This document shows positions 54,453-64,000 of a stretch of 64,000 nt of DNA, piece by piece. Every line of letters begins with the position of its first letter. The stretch's first letter is position 1. This stretch comes from the human T2T-CHM13v2.0 reference genome, Homo sapiens: assembly GCF_009914755.1 (NCBI RefSeq), contig NC_060938.1; one strand, given 5' to 3'. Position numbers and translations under genes: made by a program. Below the pieces are notes generated by a model that saw only the letters and a list, made by a program, of their open reading frames with translations, did no database searches and was not told where the DNA came from.

Positions 54453-57400
54453 TTTTGCAGGGAGTAAAAATTTTGGGGGGCTTCTCAGTTTCTTTTATTC
54501 TGTGCCAAACGTTTCCTAGGATTAGATCACTTTTGGAACTTCAGGTCCTCACAGAGCAGTTGATAGATAAGATCATATGGGATATTACTTTCCACATTTG
54601 GTTACTTATGCAGTCTATCTTGAACTAAAAGCTATTGTCCCAAATAGGGGGCTTTTGTGTGGTGCTGGTGAACACAGGGGTGCTATCCTGTCACCATGAC
54701 AGCAAGCATTTGCATTAAGAGCAGGCTCCTCAGGCCACATTACAGTCATGTGGTCTAGAGGGACCCCTTTGAAGCTCCTGTAATCTTTTCCGAGCTGATT
54801 GTTAACATCTGAACATAATCATTAACCATGTTCTGTAACAGATAATTACCTCCTAGAGTTGGCATGTTCTATCCCTGAGTGGTCTGTGACATTCTTATAG
54901 GGTAAGACCTATTTCAGTGTTACTTTACCTAACCAATCAAAATAAAGCAATTTGATTTCTTAAAATCTGAGTAAGTTTCCCTTTTACAGAAAAATATTGT
55001 GTTGACCCTGACATCATGTGTATCTGTCATCCTGTGCCCCAGGGCTGTTCTTTGCCCCTGTATTTGAATACCTACCACTGGAAGCTTCCGAAACGCCACA
55101 GGCTCCTTTCTTCCTTCTGTATCTCCTCGTTTTCCCATGATGTCTGCATACTTATTGAACTTCTACTGCCAGTTTTTTGTTTCAGATTTATTGCATTCAC
55201 TTACAATAAATATTACTGGCATATAGGCATACTTTTCTTTTTTTTTTTTTAACAAGTTTTCCCTCTGGATTTCTCCTTATTGCCTAACATCATTCCCTAA
55301 GACTCCCCAGGCTTGCGCCGTGACCAGGAAAATTCATGTTTCTCTCTTTGCTCTTGTACAAGGGAAAGCCTCCTGTTTCAAATTCCCTAATCTCAGCTTA
55401 GCTTTGAGGGGTACATTCAAAATTTCAGGAGAGCTAGATGAAATGGATGATAAAAAGAGTGCATGAGAGAAAAAAGGAAAGAAAAAAGAAAACTCCAAAT
55501 CCGAAGCCATACTAGAGATTGATCTTCCTAACATCTAAGGATATGATTAAAGCACTGCACTATAATATCCTGTTGTTATACAAATAGGATGCAGAATCAT
55601 TACGATAATAAAGAGTGCTTAGGTGTTTTAAATGTCACCTGGCTGGGGTACCCAGAATCTAGAGGTCAAGCATTTGATTGTGATACCCCAAGATACCTGT
55701 TGAGGGGTTGGCGTGGGGCCAGGAGGAAGGAGACTGTGAATCATACATGTCTACTCCCCACCCTGCTCATCTTTCTTTGCCAGTAAAATTTGACCAAAAT
55801 GAGCACCCAAGCTATAAAAGTGCCATATTTTCTGAAATCCAAATTAGGACCCATGGCAAAGCCATCATGCTTGTGTTGGTGATAGAATCAATGTCTCCAA
55901 ACTCATACTACTGAAGGAAGTAGTCAAACCTCTGCTGTGAAAGAGCAAATGGCCCAGGAGAAGAGGCAAAAAGTCTACCTGCTGGATGAGGGGTGTGGGG
56001 TTCCCTTGGGGAGGAGCTGCTCTGTGCTGAATACATACATACATACATATATATAATGGTGTCTGTATGTATATGTATGTCTAATATATGTATATATGCA
56101 TGTATATTATGTGTATATATAATTTTTAAACGAGCCACTCTGGTCTTTAAAACAGCAGCTGGCTGGGCCACCTCTATCTACTCGATTTGCTTCTGGCTCC
56201 AGGTGACTGATTCCTACAGCATTACAGCTCCTCTTCCTCCACCTCCTGCTCAAAAAGCCCGGAAAATAGGGCCAACTCCCTATTTGTGCTGTACTCCAGG
56301 CAAAACTTCTATCATAATCAGCTCCCTTGTGATGCAGAAACCAATGAACTTGTGCTATGAATGCCCAATAGTGAACCGAATGATACATTTCCTTTTCCCA
56401 ATTGAGCATTGTTTTATTTAATAAGCTCATACCTTTCCAATGGTGGGTATAAAATTGTCATGTGTCTGGGAAAAACAAATTGAGTTCTGATAGTTTGTGT
56501 GTGCACATGTGTGGAAACCTCTTTGATTAACACTAGCATGAGTGAGTCCTTCTGTGGTGAGGTGTTAAGATTGGGGGCACGGAGACCCCATGCGGCCATG
56601 TTTCTGAAGGCCTAAAGCAGAGGAAATTCTTGAGGTACAGAATATAATTATCCCAAATGGAAGGCAGCTGAGGTTCTGGAGTTAAGATTTCCTGCGCTTA
56701 CACACAGTCGGGTATTTCAAGAATCTTGTCATAACCGATTGGACACACTTTTCAGGGATGAACGGCAATGTGCTGGGGCAGGAAGGCAGCAGCTGGCTGT
56801 TTGGCCAATCCATTGTTCTGCATTAATTTGACTTTATTTATTTATTTATTTTGGTCAGAGACCCAGTGGTGATGAGCTCATTTTGAATCTCTCTGCCTGC
56901 CACGTGTCAGTTCCAGAAATATTCCAACGCAACGTGGCATTTGTTATGTGTCGTGGGATCCAGGCTGATCAATTGGATCCAATCAACGTAGATGAGCTTT
57001 ATTCACTAACAAAATTAATAAACATACGTTGTGACCTGAGCCAGTCAGAAGACAGCTTATTCATAACATAATAGCTCAGTGCCTCTGGGATGAACTGATC
57101 CAGTTCTTGATTCATCTCAGCCAGGGGGTCCGCAGAGGCACTGTCAGAGAGCTGCACTGATATCCCTCAGACAAACCGATTAAATCTGCACTAATCAGAG
57201 TGCCCAGTGCAAGTGCTGTCAGTGCCCTTGAATATTGCCAGGAGGATCAATTGCTTTGGCTTGGAAAAATAGATGTGTTTCTATCATTGATGGAAGTTAT
57301 TATCTGGTGACAATGTTCTAGTACCTTGGTAACGTCTTTTAATTAAAACTGAGGAATAAATTCTGACCATGACCACATGTGTATGCTATTCAGGGAGCAG

Positions 57401-57539
57401 GTAGAAAGAGAGATTGAATTTTTCTATTTCTTACATGGAATAACACACAAACTCCATTCAATGGCTTACAAGAGTCAGCATTACTGACTTCAGTCTGCCA
57501 TCTGATCATTCCCTGTCCCTCTCTCTTTGTGTGCTATTC

Positions 57540-57900
57540 TCCCCAGATGCTGGCTTGTGTTCCTGCCTTAGGACTGTGCTTGACAGCCTCTGCCTGGAAT
57601 GGTTTGTCCTCCAGATGTTTGCATGACTGGCTCTCTCTTGTCACTTACATCTCAGCTTAAATGCCACCTCCCCATGGAGACCTTCCCTCATCACCACATA
57701 GTAAGTCCCCATTCCCTCACTCCCTATTACATCATCCTGGTTTATTTCCTTTCTAGCACTTAGTGCCCCCTGAAAGTCTCCTGCTGAACAGGTTATTTGT
57801 CAGTAGCGTAGCTCTCCTGAGTTCTCCACTGTGTCCCCAGTTGCTGGCACTGAGTCTGGCACGCAGTGGTGCTTAATCAACCTTGCTGAATGACTGAATT
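57540..57900 (+). mobile_element. L2 LINE 3' fragment
   Basis: ctctgcctggaatg...tctcagcttaaatgccacctcc...gagaccttccct...ctggcacgcagtggtgcttaatcaac...tgaatgactgaa. Confidence 0.75.
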
Positions 57901-59170
57901 TCTCTGGCTCCTATATCTGCTTTTGGACAAGTCAGTGGATGTAGGGTTTAGAGGGCAGAACATTTCACCGAAGGGGTTAGATGCTGCTAGACTGGATGCT
58001 ACCTCTAACTTACAGGGTGACCTTGGATAAGTCACTCAACCTTTTTGAGCTAATTGACCACTTCCTCAGCTCTAAGACAGTGTTTCCAAATGCTGGTTTT
58101 GGTTGAGACAGGAGCAAGTTGGATAATAGGTATTTTCTGTTTTAATCATTCGAGTTTTAATCTTGAAGGGGATGGGAATAGGCTATGGAATTTTATCCCA
58201 GATGAGATGGGAGAGAGGTACCTACTAAGGGGCCAGTATGAAAATCATTGAATAGCTTCCACACTATTTAACAAATATCCAGTCGGCGTACCATCTGGGA
58301 GAGTGGTTTTCTTTCGTGACCTGTAGCCAATGAATATTTACAGACCAGTAAAATTAGATTATTAGTAAATGAAAAAACTAACACTCACCTTAGAATAGTT
58401 TCTGCCTAGATCCCCAAGGTCCAGTTCCTCTCACACAGCTTGTGAAGAAGGCTTAAGCAAAGCTCCAAGCAGAAGCTGAGTTGTGAGTAGTAAGAAAAGG
58501 GTCCCTGTGCTCCCCTCCCCATGGGGCCCCAGGCTGCTCTTTTATCCTGTGCTGAGGACAACCCCATCCTTCATTCTTACTCAACACCTTCAGGTTCAGG
58601 AAGCCTGAAAAGCAGATTCGTGAGGGGGGTGGCTATATCCTTCCCAGCTTTAAAAGGCACTGCACCATAATGTGTTTTAAAAAGACCACAGCAGGTTGAA
58701 AAACGGCGAAATGCAAATGACAGAGTGCTTGTGTGAAAGTGGAGATACTACTCCCAAGGGTGGGGACTGAATGCTGTCTTCTAAGAAAAACAGAAAATGA
58801 TGCTGTTAACTAAAAACAAGAACAGGAAAATCAACTACGCATATATTCTTCAAAGAAAACGAGGGGATTTTCACTAGAGGTTTTGGAGCAGTAGTTTTGT
58901 TTCAATAGATATGAGTGGAACTGATGTGATTTTCTGATATTATTACTTGTTTCTTGCATAGCAACCATCCAGCCTGCCCCACTACATTCATACACTAAGT
59001 GGAATACTTTTTATTTTCCTCCTGAAAACCAAAAGAGGAAAAAAGATAACTTTTCAGAGAAGCTTTCTATTGAAAGAAAACTCTCTGCTGCCAGTGAATA
59101 ATTTTCCTGTGCTCTACACAAAACGTAGTTATTTTATATCCAATCAGCTTATGTTCACCCAGAAGTTATT

Positions 59171-59477
<307 letters not shown>

Positions 59478-59599
59478 GCCGAAGTTATTTTATTGGAGGG
59501 AAAACATGATACTTTTTATTAAAAACTATTTTGTTTCTAAAAATTGACTATTTCATACACATTTATTAGGTTTCTGGCTATGATAATTCTATCGCTATA

Positions 59600-61420
<1,821 letters not shown>

Positions 61421-61907
61421 TAAAACTGTTCTAAGTTCCAAAGCATATTTTGTAATTCATTAGATCTTTTGGCTGGATGAAATAATAATAGACACTATAC
61501 CAACCTTGAATAATGAAGCCAGGAAGACAGAGCTTTATCTTTTCATTTTACAGAACACATTTTATCTCATCTGCTTTACAGGGAGGAAACACAGAGGCAA
61601 AGAGGTCAAGATACTTGCCCAAATTTATGAAGGAAGAGGTAGTAGTAGGACTCATATTTTACTGTCCCTGTAGTCTTAGCTCTTCTTAGACCCTTCGACT
61701 GTTAGTGGAAAAAGGCAGTTCAACACTGGTGCCTGTCCTCTTGGGACTTACATTCTAAGGGTAGGAGACAGACATCAAACAAATGATAAGGACTTTGAGG
61801 AAAAATGAAGCAGGTAAGAGGATAGGAGGCATAAAATAACCTTTTCGGAGAAATAGATCGGGGGCCTTCTGTCAGAGGAGGTAGTGTTTGAGCAGTTATC
61901 TAAATAA

Positions 61908-63046
<1,139 letters not shown>

Positions 63047-63454
63047 AAAGTGAAGGAGCAACTCATGTAAATGTTTGGGAGAAGAGCTTTCTAGGCTTCA
63101 AGCAAAAAGACCAGTATGACTAGAGCAGAAAGAGTGAAGGGCAGAGCGAAGTTGGGACAAATAGCTTTATGAAGCTATGGTGAAGACTTCAAGTTTTACT
63201 TTCAGTATTGTGTAGTCATTGGAAGACTTTGAGCAGAGAAATAACAGGATCTGACCTAAGTTTTGAAACAATGACCCTGACTGCTATGTGGAGAATAAAG
63301 GGCACTGACGATAGACTCAGAGTTTTATATTAGTCCAGAGGGTATTATATTAGCCCAGGCAAGAACTGATTGATAGAGGCCTGGACTAGGATGATAGTGG
63401 TGAATTAATGATAAATAGTTGTATTTGGAATATATATGCTAAATAAAGCCAATA

Positions 63455-64000
63455 AAGTGGGAAAGTAAATTAGTACAGCCATTATGGAAAATTGTATGAA
63501 GGTTTTTCAAAAAACTAAAAATAGAGTGACCATATAATCTAGCAATCCCATTTCTGCTTTGATATGATTAGGCTTTGTGTCCCCACCTACATCTCATCTT
63601 GAATGGTCATCTCCATAATCCCCGTGTTTCAAGGGAGATACCAGGTGAAGGTACTTGAATCATGGAGGTGGTTTTCCCCATGCTGTTCTCGTGACAGTGA
63701 GTGAGTTCTCACGAGATCTGATGGTTTTATAAGGGGCTCTTCCCACTTCGCTAGGCATTTCTCCTTGTTCCCTTGTGAGGAAGGTGTCTTGCTTCCCCTT
63801 CACCTTCTGCCATGATTGGAAGTTTCCTGAAGCCTCCCCAGCCATGCTGAACTGTGAGTCAATTAAACCTCTTTCCTTTGTGAATTACCTAGTCTCGGGC
63901 AGTTGTTTATAGCAGTATGAAGATAGACTGATACATGCGTATATGTCCAAAGAATCTGAAAACAGTATGTCAGAGAGATATCTGCACTCCCATGTTTATT
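63455..64000 (+). mobile_element. L1M ORF2 3' fragment split by THE1
   Basis: gtaaattagtacagccattatggaaaa...ctagcaatcccatttctg | ...gagatatctgcactcccatgtttatt. Confidence 0.8.
63560..63935 (+). mobile_element. THE1D-like solo LTR
   Basis: tgatatgattaggctttgtgtcccca...gagttctcacgagatctgatggttttataagggg...gactgataca; TSD TGCTT/TGCGT. Confidence 0.95.

Overview
Primate (almost certainly human) intergenic DNA: AluY/AluS/AluJ, L1PA, THE1, MST/MLT1, MER and MIR/L2 relics, with no intact protein-coding gene, no recognisable RNA gene and no CRISPR. The only gene-derived feature is a full-length processed pseudogene of RPL13A at 61919-63046. It has a 13-bp TSD, an A-tail, a premature TAG and two frameshifts. 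Its residual 102-aa ORF matches my recollection of human RPL13AP3, which would place the window on 14q22.3 downstream of KTN1 (from memory, not verified). The most unusual structure is a set of seven short (25-194 bp), same-orientation, non-tandem donor/copy pairs at six sites, each copy lying 0.6-3.4 kb from its partner. Several copies interrupt old transposons, which reveals the direction of copying. One site (48240-48510) is a patchwork of pieces from both an upstream and a downstream donor. This looks like a repeatedly used hotspot of templated insertion (template switching or polymerase-theta-type repair), not a new gene system. Also present are two Alu tails expanded into long GGAA/GAAA tracts, a three-arm chimeric Alu, a short stem-loop in unique DNA, and several repeat-free, motif-rich enhancer candidates. 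Repeat subfamily names come from recalled consensus sequences, and boundaries of old elements are approximate.
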